Shown here in pieces: positions 15,934-25,553 of a stretch of DNA of 64,000 bases; positions within the stretch are counted from its first letter, which is position 1; the number at the start of each line of letters is the position of its first letter. The stretch comes from an uncultured Gammaproteobacteria bacterium (GTDB lineage: Bacteria > Patescibacteriota > Patescibacteriia > SBBC01 > CAIJZX01). Made by a program: the position numbers and the translations under genes. The stretch spans positions 100,998 through 164,997 of the forward strand of contig CAYLHT010000001.1 of the NCBI GenBank assembly GCA_964383765.1, read 5' to 3'. The notes beneath the pieces are model-generated. The model had not been told where the DNA came from, did no database searches, and saw nothing but the letters and a program-made list of their open reading frames with translations.

Positions 15934-16547
15934 CTTGAGCTTGGAACTACTTGTTGCTCGTAGTAGTGAAACGAATGCACAAGTGTACGGTAGGTGTCAT
16001 CTTCAGTGGTTGAGGGCCCAATTCCCGATCCATCTGGACCGTTTTTCTCAATTTGGAATTCACGACCAGATACCTCGATGTAGGTGACAGCATGGGTTGA
16101 CGACTGCAAATAGCAAATTTGTCCCGCGAACTTCCCGGGGCAGATCATTGATTTTCCCTCAGCTGTTTCCCGATCCGACTTACGTTGGGCGGCGTTGGTA
16201 ATGGCAATGACGGAACGAGTGACGCTATAACTAGCGTCGCCAAAATCAAATTGCCATTCATCGTCAAGCCCTTGGGGATTCTCTGTCAGTTGGGCGCTGG
16301 TTGGATGCGCAAACGAATACCCGACACTCGGATCAGTGTCAGGGATAGTGAAGACCGTCCAGGTACTTGGAATCGAAGCGGCGACTGTGTTCGTGACCGT
16401 CGCCTGTTCGGCTGCCGCGTTCGCATTGGCTTGCGATTGTAAATTCGTAGGAGGCTTGAGATTCGGCACAATTAACGCCCAGATGACCAGGCCGGCAATG
16501 ATAATAATGACGATGATGACACCGATGACGAGCGTTCTTTTGTTCAT
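15930..16547 (-). CDS. Membrane-anchored hypothetical protein (205 aa)
   Basis: N-terminal TM helix VIGVIIVIIIIAGLVIWALIV followed by a soluble domain. No motif recognised. Confidence 0.55.
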   Translation of the reverse strand: MNKRTLVIGVIIVIIIIAGLVIWALIVPNLKPPTNLQSQANANAAAEQATVTNTVAASIPSTWTVFTIPDTDPSVGYSFAHPTSAQLTENPQGLDDEWQFDFGDASYSVTRSVIAITNAAQRKSDRETAEGKSMICPGKFAGQICYLQSSTHAVTYIEVSGREFQIEKNGPDGSGIGPSTTEDDTYRTLVHSFHYYEQQVVPSSS

Positions 16548-16668
16548 AGCATTTTTTTTGCAATTGTTGTCAAACGTAACCCCATGGTTAGGTTATCAAG
16601 TTTAGGATAATTAAACAATCTCGATACTTGGTCTATGAAAAATCCAAAAAAAGCGATAAACTGCAGGT

Positions 16669-17217
16669 ATGGCTGAATCTGGATATCTTGACCCGTCAGC
16701 ATTGATCTCGCGGCTCGGTTTAGTTCCGGGCCAAGCGGTTGGTGACTTTGGAGTTGGCGGTGCCGCCGCGTTCGTCGGCGAACTCTCAACCCGGGTTGGG
16801 GCCGAGGGAAAAGTTCTGATGTTCGACGTGCTCAAGACAGCTTTGTCGGGCGCCCTGTCCCAAGCGAAATTGAAAGGTTGGCAGAATTGTCAGGCCGTCT
16901 GGTCGAACCTGGAACTTTACGGTGCCGCCACGGGCGTCAACGATGGCAGTCTTGACGCGGGAATTCTCGTCAACGTTCTCGACCAAAGCACCAAAACGAA
17001 AGATATTATGGCTGAGGTTGGTCGGATGCTAAAGTCGAGCGCAAAATTATTGGTGGTCGATTGGAAACCGGATGTCGAACTTCCAATCGCGCCCGACACT
17101 AAGCGTCGGCTCTCTGATGCCCAGGTTGCACAAATGGGAAAGTCCCTTGGTTTTGCCATGGCTGAAACGTTTGAGGCTGGGCCGTATCACTGGGGAGTCG
17201 TGCTCGTCAAAACCTAA
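16669..17217 (+). CDS. Class I SAM-dependent methyltransferase-like protein
   Basis: 182 aa. VGDFGVGGAA is a glycine-rich motif I-like sequence, followed by an acidic residue after beta-2 (LMFDV). Confidence 0.6.
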   Translation: MAESGYLDPSALISRLGLVPGQAVGDFGVGGAAAFVGELSTRVGAEGKVLMFDVLKTALSGALSQAKLKGWQNCQAVWSNLELYGAATGVNDGSLDAGILVNVLDQSTKTKDIMAEVGRMLKSSAKLLVVDWKPDVELPIAPDTKRRLSDAQVAQMGKSLGFAMAETFEAGPYHWGVVLVKT

Positions 17218-17576
17218 TGCCATCGGAGCGGCAGATATTCGGAACCGAGGCCGAACACCGCGCGGCAGATTTTTTGCAACGCAAGGGTTTTGTGATTCTC
17301 GATCGCCATGTCACCTCGCGCTACGGTGAAATTGATATTCTCGCTCAAGATGGTGATACGATAGTCGCCGTCGAAGTCAAAAGCCGTCGCAACAAATCAA
17401 AATTCGGATCGGCCGTCGAATCCGTGACCGACCTGAAACTGGAGAAACTTGAAGCGGCGCTGCACGATGTGCTCGAGAAACGAGGATGGCAAGATCGGCC
17501 GATCAGAATTGACGTCGTGACGATTGAGCCGCAGGGGATTAAGCACCTCGTCGGCGTTGGGTCGCAGGCTGAGTGA
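17217..17576 (+). CDS. YraN family (UPF0102) endonuclease-like protein
   Basis: 119 aa. GTEAEHRAADFLQRKGFVILDRH ... GEIDILAQDGDTIVAVEVKSRR. Confidence 0.85.
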   Translation: MPSERQIFGTEAEHRAADFLQRKGFVILDRHVTSRYGEIDILAQDGDTIVAVEVKSRRNKSKFGSAVESVTDLKLEKLEAALHDVLEKRGWQDRPIRIDVVTIEPQGIKHLVGVGSQAE

Positions 17577-18312
17577 GTTCGTTCGGCTTTTTCGAAACCA
17601 TCCAGGTTGCTTCAAACATTGTCCGAAACCCGTCGGCAATCGCTTTATCGGTAATCACCAGCATGTACCGTTTAGGATTTGAGAACAGTGCCACCGAATC
17701 ATTCCAGAGGGAGATGTCGATGTCGAAGTTCATGTTTTTTGGCAGAATCCGTATTTCTCGATGCGGGGATTTCGTGACTTGAGCGAACTGAATACTCTCC
17801 GGCGTGGCTGGGTGGATTTCCCGTTGCCGTTGAACCACCCCTTTTTCGAGTTGACGTACTGATTTGGTTTCTAGGTCGGGAAAAAGCTTTAAGGTATCCA
17901 GGTAATGCGAAATGTACAAGTTCTCTTCAGCTTGAAAGGTTTCTTCGACCCAGACTCGCTCGATATCTTTGAGTTGGTCAAAGTATCGGATCAAGGGTTT
18001 TTTGCCATCGCGGTTTTCTAAAGCGCGCAAATGTGGCAAGAGCTCTCTAACGGCTTGCTCTTGTTGCTGGGCGCGTTGCAAAAGACGAGAGGGTGGATCC
18101 GGTGCGTACACCTGCTTCTTCCCTCGCGGCACGAGTCCGACGAGTTGTTTCCGTCGCAACGACTCCAGGTCAAGATAGATGGTTGGTCGTTTGAATCCCG
18201 TCCTTTTGGCGAGCGACAACGGTGTCCCTTCACCCAATTCCAGCAGAGAAGTGTAGATTTGGGCCTCGCGTGGCGTCAGGTTGAGTTCGGTTAGCGCTTC
18301 TTGAAGTTGCAT
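17539..18312 (-). CDS. TrmB-family HTH transcriptional regulator
   Basis: 257 aa. N-terminal LTPREAQIYTSLLELGEGTPLSLAKRTGFKRPTIYLDLESLRRKQLV. Confidence 0.75.
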   Translation of the reverse strand: MQLQEALTELNLTPREAQIYTSLLELGEGTPLSLAKRTGFKRPTIYLDLESLRRKQLVGLVPRGKKQVYAPDPPSRLLQRAQQQEQAVRELLPHLRALENRDGKKPLIRYFDQLKDIERVWVEETFQAEENLYISHYLDTLKLFPDLETKSVRQLEKGVVQRQREIHPATPESIQFAQVTKSPHREIRILPKNMNFDIDISLWNDSVALFSNPKRYMLVITDKAIADGFRTMFEATWMVSKKPNELTQPATQRRRGA

Positions 18313-18501
18313 AAGAATAGTTTATCAGGAAATTAAATATATGTCAATAGTTGTGACAAAAAAATAAACTACTCTGAATATTGGCTAAGAATAGATAACA
18401 AAAAATTATTTTATAGTCAATAATCTTGACTAAATACTCATTTTAGGATATTATTGCTGGCTCTTGAAGTTAATCACGGACCTTACAACTGGAGAAAGAA
18501 T

Positions 18502-18687
18502 ATGTTCCACCTCATTGGACTTGGGCTTATTGCCTACTGGGCGGTGACGTTGCTCTATTTTGTCTACAACCAGCCCAAGATTGAGTGGCAGCGACTTTGT
18601 GCCACGAGTTTCTTTGGGTGTTTTGGGCTTCTCGTGCTGATCGTTGGAATCGGGCTATCCATCACCGGAAATTTTCCACCACACTAA
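18502..18687 (+). CDS. Small membrane protein (61 aa, 2 TM)
   Basis: ATG at 18502 preceded by GGAGAAAG. Two hydrophobic helices. Confidence 0.4.
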   Translation: MFHLIGLGLIAYWAVTLLYFVYNQPKIEWQRLCATSFFGCFGLLVLIVGIGLSITGNFPPH

Positions 18688-18697
18688 CGGAGGAAAT

Positions 18698-19111
18698 ATG
18701 ATCAGAGTCCTCGCTGTTTTGATCGGGCTTGCACTGTTGGGGCTCGAAGTGAGAGTGTTCATACAGATGGACCAAGGGAACAGACAGCTGATTCGTGAAT
18801 ACCGAACTTGGGAGGCGAGCATCCAAGATGTCACAGTTCAGCAAAAGACCGAGATCGTGACTGGTCCTCAACGCGGCTGGGATCAATTCCGCATAACGCT
18901 TGAGTACGACCGTCTTCCAAGCCCAGGCGCGCAAGAATGGCAACACTACTATCCGCCCGGACCGGTCAAAGCCTTCGACATCGCCGACCGCCATGCATGG
19001 GATGAGTTGAGGATCGGCGGACGATATCGGATGCGCTATTCTGAACTGGTTAGCGACCTGTGGGCTGAGGGCTCGAAGGACACAATTCCTCTACTTCCAG
19101 TCAGAGAGTAG
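18698..19111 (+). CDS. Membrane-anchored hypothetical protein (137 aa)
   Basis: ATG at 18698 preceded by GGAGGAAAT. N-terminal TM helix VLAVLIGLALLGL. Confidence 0.5.
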   Translation: MIRVLAVLIGLALLGLEVRVFIQMDQGNRQLIREYRTWEASIQDVTVQQKTEIVTGPQRGWDQFRITLEYDRLPSPGAQEWQHYYPPGPVKAFDIADRHAWDELRIGGRYRMRYSELVSDLWAEGSKDTIPLLPVRE

Positions 19112-19167
19112 AACCTTGACCATGCCGCTGGGCTGAAGAATCCAGATCGAGACACAAGAGGTTGACC

Positions 19168-19335
19168 ATGAACATCCAACACGCCCTTCGTCATATCTTT
19201 GTTGATACATTGGTAGGGCAAGTGACGTTTAACTTCTTGTACTTTGCCGCCTTGTGGTGGCTTGGTCGAGGCAATAAGGAGTTCGACCGGATTCGTCTGT
19301 TACACGAAGGCCGTGTCCGGCATGATGAAGATTAA
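19168..19335 (+). CDS. Small hypothetical protein (55 aa)
   Basis: Manual ORF below the track cutoff (MNIQHALRHIFVDTLVGQVTFNFLYFAALWWLGRG...). Followed by a terminator hairpin. Confidence 0.3.
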   Translation: MNIQHALRHIFVDTLVGQVTFNFLYFAALWWLGRGNKEFDRIRLLHEGRVRHDED

Positions 19336-19347
19336 GAAATGGGTTTG

Positions 19348-19381
19348 CCAGTTGTCCCTCAACAACTGGTTTTTCTTTTTG
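19348..19381. terminator. Rho-independent terminator between convergent genes
   Basis: CCAGTTGT (19348-19355) pairs with ACAACTGG (19362-19369), followed by TTTTTCTTTTT. Confidence 0.7.
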
Positions 19382-19407
19382 AAAAAGACCACCCAGGCTA
19401 AGGATGG

Positions 19408-19671
19408 TCAGGACTGCGGACCACGGACGCTGGTATACCAGTCAACGAACTTCTGGAAAGCCCGGGCTGCGTACGAATCCAGAACCGTGTCTGGCGTGGT
19501 CGTGAGCGCTGACAGTAGATGGTCGTGGGCGAGCGCATTGTAGAGCGTAGTCGTACGCCGCTGGAGTGATTCTCTGAAGTACGCTTGATCAGGAATGGAC
19601 GTTGAGTCCTGTTTGATGTATTCCTGAAACCTCAGGATATCCCTAAAGGTCACGCTTTTCGGGGGAGGCAT
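19408..19671 (-). CDS. Hypothetical protein (87 aa)
   Basis: Trimmed to MPPPKSVTF, preceded by GGAGACCC. Lies 22 nt downstream of the previous gene. Confidence 0.4.
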   Translation of the reverse strand: MPPPKSVTFRDILRFQEYIKQDSTSIPDQAYFRESLQRRTTTLYNALAHDHLLSALTTTPDTVLDSYAARAFQKFVDWYTSVRGPQS

Positions 19672-19693
19672 CGTTTGGGTCTCCTGTGAAGAG

Positions 19694-20128
19694 CTAACTC
19701 CACGGCCAGATATTCGTAGACTCGGCTGAGAGACGTTCCGCGCCCCGCACACGCCCTTGTTTGAGCATGAGTTCGGGTCGAACGAACGCGTCGAGTTGCA
19801 GCAAGCTGCGGAGCAAAACGACCAGCTGTGCTTTCGTTACTCCGAAGTCACAACCCGCGCATATCAAGCGCCGGTCCAACGGGTAACTCCCGGTGGCGGA
19901 AATCAGATGTCCTTGCCAGCGCGACCGAACCCAATGCGCAAAGTGGGTGGCCTCGACCGGACAATCCACATGTCCGATGACGATGGCACCGTTGGTTCGA
20001 TCTAGCGGGAGAATCGACTCTGATACAGCCAGCACAGGCTGCCACATGAAGTGAGCCAGGGGCTCGACCTTGGGCCGGAGGAATCCAGCCCGTTCAGCGA
20101 AGCGGTCAAGATAGACCACGTTGGGCAT
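19694..20128 (-). CDS. Hypothetical protein (144 aa)
   Basis: Trimmed to MPNVVYLDRF, preceded by AAGGAGGACCT. Confidence 0.45.
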   Translation of the reverse strand: MPNVVYLDRFAERAGFLRPKVEPLAHFMWQPVLAVSESILPLDRTNGAIVIGHVDCPVEATHFAHWVRSRWQGHLISATGSYPLDRRLICAGCDFGVTKAQLVVLLRSLLQLDAFVRPELMLKQGRVRGAERLSAESTNIWPWS

Positions 20129-20210
20129 AGGTCCTCCTTGGAAAAGGGGCGACGGACTGACCATCTGTATCAAGTCCGTGTTCACCCGTCAAGTTCAGCC
20201 AAGATTTTTC

Positions 20211-20239
20211 TTGACACCCACCGCAGGGTTTGGTAGTCT
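20211..20239 (+). promoter_or_regulatory. Candidate sigma70-type promoter for nusA
   Basis: TTGACA (20211-20216), a 17-nt spacer, then TAGTCT (20234-20239). Confidence 0.4.
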
Positions 20240-20297
20240 GGTTCTACGACCAATACTTGACTGTATTGGTGATTTGACTATTCACCTTTCGCCGTCC

Positions 20298-21692
20298 ATG
20301 GCCCAATCCGACCTCAAACAAGCGATTCAGGAAATCTGCCAAGAGAAAAATATCCCGTACGACTCGGTGATTGAAACGATCGCGGCCGCTTTAGCCGTCG
20401 CCTATCGGAAAGACTTTGGTGAGAAGAATCAAAATATCGTGGTTGATTTTCATCCAGAAGACGGGACCAATCGGGTCTGGGATGTGAAGACGGTCGTTGA
20501 CGACAAACTTTACGATGAGTTTTTGGCTGAACAGAAAGACCGTGAGCAAGCTGAAGCCGATGGCAAACTGGAAGAATACTTGGAGAAGAAACGACAAGAA
20601 GAAGAGGCGAAGCGCACTGCGATGATGGCCCCCTCGGCGTCGCCGAGTGGCGCCGCCACTCCCCCTGGGTCCCCCCCGGTGCCCCCCCTTGTTCAAGGGG
20701 GGGAGACAGGGGGGGTAGAAGAGCGCTTTGATCCGAAAAAGCATATTGCTTTGACGGAAGCGAAAAAGCTCGACAAAAAACATGAACTCGGCGATGAAAT
20801 TAAGACCGAATTATTTCCGCCAGCGGCGTATGGCCGGATGGCTGCTCAAACCGCCAAACAAGTCATCATCCAGCGCATCCGCGAAGCCGAACGCGACACC
20901 GTCTACAAAGAATTCAAGGGTCGTGAAGGTGAAATGCTGACAGCTATGATCCAACGAGTCGAAGGTCGGATGGTGTTGATTGATTTGGGTCACGCGACGG
21001 CCATCATGCCGCCGCCGGAGCAGATTGAACGTGAACACTACCGACCGGGCGATCGCGTGAAAGTCTACATTTCGACGGTCAACATGACGCCCAAAGGCCC
21101 GGAAATTGTGGTGTCGCGCACCCATCCGGAAGTTGTCCGACAACTCTTTACGGTGGAAGTGCCAGAACTGCAAAACGGTTCAGTCCAGATTAAAGGTATT
21201 GCCCGTGAAGCTGGACTGCGCACCAAAATTGCCGTCTGGTCAGAAACCAAGAACATCGATCCGGTTGGCTCACTGGTCGGTCAACGTGGCACGCGCGTCC
21301 AAACCGTGATTTCAGAGCTCGGCGGCGAAAAAATCGATATTATTGAATGGTCTGATGACCCGGTGAAATTTATCACCAATGCCTTGTCACCGGCCAAAGT
21401 CATCTCGATTAAACTCGATCAAACCAACCATGCCTGCACGGTCGAAGTTAAAGACGACCAACTCTCACTCGCCATCGGAAAAGCCGGACAGAATGTCCGC
21501 CTCGCGGCAAAGCTGACCGGCTGGAAAATCGACTTAGTCGGTGAATCCGGCGCCACGCCGGAGTCGGTGACGACTGAGGGCGGCGAGACCGGTGAAGCTG
21601 CCAAAACTGAAACTCCCGCGGCCGAGTCGACTGAAGCTCCTCCTGAAACTCCAGCCGAGGAAACAAAGCCAGAAGCAGAAACAACTGCCTAA
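20298..21692 (+). CDS. nusA: Transcription termination/antitermination factor NusA (with low-complexity insertion and acidic tail)
   Basis: Trimmed to MAQSDLKQAIQEI. N-terminal domain, S1 region (GEMLTAMIQRVEGRMVLIDLG), two KH domains (GQRGTRVQTVISELGGEKIDII, LAIGKAGQNVRLAAKLTGWKIDL). Confidence 0.95.
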   Translation: MAQSDLKQAIQEICQEKNIPYDSVIETIAAALAVAYRKDFGEKNQNIVVDFHPEDGTNRVWDVKTVVDDKLYDEFLAEQKDREQAEADGKLEEYLEKKRQEEEAKRTAMMAPSASPSGAATPPGSPPVPPLVQGGETGGVEERFDPKKHIALTEAKKLDKKHELGDEIKTELFPPAAYGRMAAQTAKQVIIQRIREAERDTVYKEFKGREGEMLTAMIQRVEGRMVLIDLGHATAIMPPPEQIEREHYRPGDRVKVYISTVNMTPKGPEIVVSRTHPEVVRQLFTVEVPELQNGSVQIKGIAREAGLRTKIAVWSETKNIDPVGSLVGQRGTRVQTVISELGGEKIDIIEWSDDPVKFITNALSPAKVISIKLDQTNHACTVEVKDDQLSLAIGKAGQNVRLAAKLTGWKIDLVGESGATPESVTTEGGETGEAAKTETPAAESTEAPPETPAEETKPEAETTA

Positions 21693-21725
21693 TACTTTTA
21701 CACGAATTACTGATTACACGATCGT

Positions 21726-23795
21726 ATGTCATTTCTCTACTTCAGTCTCGTCGTCAGTTTACTCGGTTTAGCCGCTACCTGGGTGCTGGTGCGACTCGTG
21801 AACAAACACCCGGACGGTAATGAGCAAATGCAAAAAGTCGCCAGTGCGATTCGTTCAGGCGCGAATGCGTTTTTGAAGCGTCAGTACACCACCATCGGTT
21901 GGATCGCAGCCGGCGTCGCGGCCTTGATAGCAATTGTCTACACGGCCACTGGTAAACCGACGGAAGCCTGGCACACTGCTTCAGCGTTTTTGCTCGGTGC
22001 GATTGCTTCGGGCATCGCCGGATATATGGGCATGTACGTCTCGGTTCGCGCCAACGGTAAAGTCGCGGCTGCGGCTGATCGTCAGAGCTTAAATGGTGCG
22101 ATGTCCATAGCCTTACGCGCCGGCGCAGTTGAAGGCGTGCTCGTGTCTTCGCTATCACTGCTTGGTTTATCTGCATTATTCTTGTTCTACCGCCAAGTTT
22201 TGCACGTCGATCCGCGCGAAATTCCGGGCGCGATTATTGGTTTCGGTTTCGGCGCATCACTTGTAGCCTTGTTTGCCCAACTCGGCGGCGGTATTTATAC
22301 CAAGGCCGCTGACGTCGGTGCTGACTTGGTTGGAAAAGTTGAAGCTGGAATTCCGGAAGATGACCCACGTAACCCGGCCGTGATCGCTGACTTGGTCGGT
22401 GATAACGTGGGTGACTGCGCTGGTCGCGGAGCCGACTTGTTTGAATCGACGGCAGCGGAAAATATCGGCGCCATGATTCTCGGGGTGGCTTTGTTCTTCC
22501 CATTTGGATTAAACGGCATGCTGTTCCCGTTGGTAGTGCAAGCAGCAGGCATGATTGCCTCATTCATCGGCGTGTTCTCGGTCAAGGCTAAAGAAAACGA
22601 AGATCCGATGTCCGCTTTGAATCGCGGCTACTACATCACGGCCGCGCTCGGCGTGGTGGCGCTGTATCTCGTCACAAAGTTTATGCTGGGCGATCATGCC
22701 ATGTGGTTTTTCGCGGCTGGCGTGGTCGGGGTGTTGATGGGCGTGGCCTTTCTGCTCTTGACCCAGTACTACACAGATCATAAATTCCGACCAGTCATGT
22801 CGATCGCCCGCGCCAGTGAAACCGGTCCGGCTACGAATATCATCGCCGGGCTCGCCGTTGGTTTCGAAAACGTGGCCTTGCCGGTGCTCGTCATTGGTCT
22901 GGCTCTATTTGGTTCGTTCTGGTTCGGTGAAAAATCCGGATTAGCGCATGGCGGATTGTATGGCACGGCCGTGGCGACGATCGGCATGCTCGTGACCTCG
23001 ATGTACGTCTTAGCCATGGACACCTTTGGTCCAATCACAGATAACGCAGGCGGGATTGTAGAAATGTCGAACGGTTCGGAAGCAACGCGAAAAATTACTG
23101 ACCGCTTGGACAGCGTTGGCAACACCACCAAGGCATTAACCAAAGGTTACGCTGTCGGTTCTGCCGCGCTGGCCGCATTCCTCTTATTCTCAGCGTATCT
23201 TGAACAGGTCCACATTACTGTTGTTGACCTGGCGAACATCAAAGTCTTCATCGGCGCGTTTATCGGCGCCATGTTGGTGTTCTTGTTCTCGTCGCTGGCG
23301 ATGCGCGCGGTTGGAAAATCCGCTGGCTATATTATTGAAGAAGTCCGCCGGCAATTCCGCGAGAAACCGGGCATTATGCAAGGTACCGACCAACCTGATT
23401 ACGGCCGGGCAGTCGATATCACGACCCGCGGTGCCTTGAAGAACATGGTGTTACCCGGCGCGATTGCGATCGCAGTGCCGATTCTGGTTGGTGTCATTCT
23501 TCGAGCAGAAGCTGCAGCCGGGATGTTGATGGTCGGCACGATCGCAGGTGTGATTATGGCTCTGGTCATGAATAACGCCGGCGGCGCCTGGGATAACGCC
23601 AAGAAGTTTATTGAATCTGGTGACTTCAAAGACTCGCAGGGCAACGTGCAAGCTAAGAAAACTCCGGTCCATGCGGCCGCCGTCGTCGGCGACACCGTTG
23701 GTGATCCCTTTAAAGATACTGCTGGGCCGAGCTTACATGTGTTAATTAAGTTACTGGCGACCCTGACACTGGTGTTGGCAGCGCTGTTTGTCTAG
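21726..23795 (+). CDS. hppA: Membrane-bound proton/cation-translocating pyrophosphatase
   Basis: 689 aa, polytopic. Contains GGGIYTKAADVGADLVGKVE and DNVGDCAG motifs. Confidence 0.97.
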   Translation: MSFLYFSLVVSLLGLAATWVLVRLVNKHPDGNEQMQKVASAIRSGANAFLKRQYTTIGWIAAGVAALIAIVYTATGKPTEAWHTASAFLLGAIASGIAGYMGMYVSVRANGKVAAAADRQSLNGAMSIALRAGAVEGVLVSSLSLLGLSALFLFYRQVLHVDPREIPGAIIGFGFGASLVALFAQLGGGIYTKAADVGADLVGKVEAGIPEDDPRNPAVIADLVGDNVGDCAGRGADLFESTAAENIGAMILGVALFFPFGLNGMLFPLVVQAAGMIASFIGVFSVKAKENEDPMSALNRGYYITAALGVVALYLVTKFMLGDHAMWFFAAGVVGVLMGVAFLLLTQYYTDHKFRPVMSIARASETGPATNIIAGLAVGFENVALPVLVIGLALFGSFWFGEKSGLAHGGLYGTAVATIGMLVTSMYVLAMDTFGPITDNAGGIVEMSNGSEATRKITDRLDSVGNTTKALTKGYAVGSAALAAFLLFSAYLEQVHITVVDLANIKVFIGAFIGAMLVFLFSSLAMRAVGKSAGYIIEEVRRQFREKPGIMQGTDQPDYGRAVDITTRGALKNMVLPGAIAIAVPILVGVILRAEAAAGMLMVGTIAGVIMALVMNNAGGAWDNAKKFIESGDFKDSQGNVQAKKTPVHAAAVVGDTVGDPFKDTAGPSLHVLIKLLATLTLVLAALFV

Positions 23796-23854
23796 ACTTA
23801 TAAAAATGCGAGGCCGACCCATCGGGGCGTCGGCCTCTTGTTCATTTTCTCAAG

Positions 23855-24166
23855 CTACTCAGGTTGGTCTCGGACGGTCATCGTGCCCTGTCGGGACGTG
23901 ACATAGAACACTCCGCTAACCTCCTGCGCTTTAGGCCGATATCTCGCCATGCTCATGATACCGCGAGAGTGGCCAGTGAATTTGAACGACTTCCCATGTC
24001 GGTCAAGCCGCTCCAAAGAGCTCAAGGCGACGAAGAATTGTTCGCCATACTTGGTCAAGAAGACGACGAAGTGTCGGTGGTTCGGCTCTCCATCGAAGAG
24101 AGAAACTGCAAGGTCCCACTTCGACGGTCCGCTAACTAACTCGTACGTCGTTTCATCGAGTGCCAT
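23855..24166 (-). CDS. Hypothetical protein (103 aa)
   Basis: The 216-aa ORF is trimmed to MALDETTYELV, preceded by GGAGGTG. Confidence 0.45.
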   Translation of the reverse strand: MALDETTYELVSGPSKWDLAVSLFDGEPNHRHFVVFLTKYGEQFFVALSSLERLDRHGKSFKFTGHSRGIMSMARYRPKAQEVSGVFYVTSRQGTMTVRDQPE

Positions 24167-24330
24167 TCGGCACCTCCAAATCCACAACTTCGCACTTCTA
24201 CGGCGGCGACATGCCCTGCTCGGTTTCCCAAGGGTCCGATCATACGATCGGACAAGACAAGCTAGCACAATTTTAAGGTTTTTGTCAATGGATTGGAGGG
24301 AAGACTGTTGGCGGCGTTGTTTGTGTAAAT

Positions 24331-24372
24331 CTAAAAAGAAAAGCCGCGGTCGAGCCGAGCTCGACCGCGGCT
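24331..24372 (-). terminator. Rho-independent terminator
   Basis: 13-bp stem AGCCGCGGTCGAG (24342-24354) / CTCGACCGCGGCT (24360-24372), with a T-tract on the minus strand (24331-24341). Confidence 0.75.
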
Positions 24373-24381
24373 GTGTCATGA

Positions 24382-24582
24382 TCAGAAACCATAGAACGGC
24401 TGGTCTGAGGTGAAGAACTTCACCCGCGTTCTTCCCTGCCACAAGAAGTGAAGCAGGGTGAAGGACACAGCGAACAAAGTCATGGCCACCTTTGAGAAGC
24501 TCCACCCCATAAGGTGGGAGAGGGCCAGGGAGAGAAGAAGAACCACTCCGCTACAGATCAAGCTTATCGCCAGTCTTCTCAT
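24382..24582 (-). CDS. Small membrane protein (66 aa, 2 TM)
   Basis: RBS AAAGGAGGTGA upstream, two hydrophobic helices, terminator immediately downstream. Confidence 0.5.
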   Translation of the reverse strand: MRRLAISLICSGVVLLLSLALSHLMGWSFSKVAMTLFAVSFTLLHFLWQGRTRVKFFTSDQPFYGF

Positions 24583-24724
24583 GTCTATCTCACCTCCTTT
24601 TATAGAGTAAACAAGATTGTCAATTTACAATGACAGGTAATAATACTGTTCTTCATGCATAAGTCAACGACTTTTTATTAAGGTGTTGTAAAAAAATAAC
24701 AACTAATATATTCTAAGACTGATT

Positions 24725-25492
24725 ATGAAAGACCTAAGAAAAACGCTTTCCGGCATAGGCCTTGATCCCAAAGAGGCCGAAGTCCTGAGTATCTTGTTCA
24801 AAAGTGAAAGCGTCCGCGCCTCGGAAATCGCTCGCAAATCGCACCTGAATCGCTCGACAGCGTACGTCGTTATCAAATCGCTGCTCCACAAGGGGTTAGT
24901 CACGTCGAGTCAGAAATATGGTGTGACAGAGTTTAGCGCCATTGAACCTCGATTGCTGGTCAGTTATCTTGATCGTCAACAGCAAGCGCTGGAAGAGGAA
25001 AAAAATTCTGTGCAGCGTATTTTGCCGGAGCTGGAACAGCTCCGCGCTAATTTAGACGTGCTCCCCAAAGTAAGTTTTTTTGAAGGCCTCGAAGGCGTGA
25101 AACAAGCTTACGAAGACACGCTAGATAATAACCGGGGGAAGGTCATCTACGTTTTCAGTGGCCCCGACATTGTCTTTCAAGAAATGGGCGAAGACTATGT
25201 AAGTTACTACATAACTAAACGCACACGGCTCGGCATCCGCTCATTCCAAATTGCTCCTCGCACACCCGGTGGTGAAATCATACAATCTAAAGACAAAAAT
25301 GTTTTGCGGATAACAAAATTAATCCCCAAAGAATTTTCTTTTGATTCCGAGATGATCATCTATGATAACAAACTAGGGATATTCTCATTCGCCAAAGATA
25401 AACTCATGGCCGTGATTATTGAAGACCAATTGATTGTCAATACGATGATGGCGCTCTTTCGATACATCGACCAAACAATGAAGCCTAAATAG
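24725..25492 (+). CDS. TrmB-family HTH transcriptional regulator (paralog of 17539..18312)
   Basis: 255 aa. LDPKEAEVLSILFKSESVRASEIARKSHLNRSTAYVVIKSLLHKGLV. Confidence 0.75.
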   Translation: MKDLRKTLSGIGLDPKEAEVLSILFKSESVRASEIARKSHLNRSTAYVVIKSLLHKGLVTSSQKYGVTEFSAIEPRLLVSYLDRQQQALEEEKNSVQRILPELEQLRANLDVLPKVSFFEGLEGVKQAYEDTLDNNRGKVIYVFSGPDIVFQEMGEDYVSYYITKRTRLGIRSFQIAPRTPGGEIIQSKDKNVLRITKLIPKEFSFDSEMIIYDNKLGIFSFAKDKLMAVIIEDQLIVNTMMALFRYIDQTMKPK

Positions 25493-25553
25493 TTTTGGTT
25501 CTCTTTGCTCAAGAATATCTCAAATGAGGTTGACATAATTAATGATTTGAATC

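Noticed and set aside
20121-20297. The N-terminal extension of the nusA ORF.
   Set aside because: It contains the promoter-like TTGACA-17-TAGTCT and overlaps the end of the divergent gene. NusA homology begins at MAQSDLK.
24167-24505. The upstream part of the 216-aa minus ORF.
   Set aside because: It spans a strong terminator hairpin and the separately supported 66-aa membrane gene in another frame. A GGAGGTG RBS precedes the internal Met at 24166.
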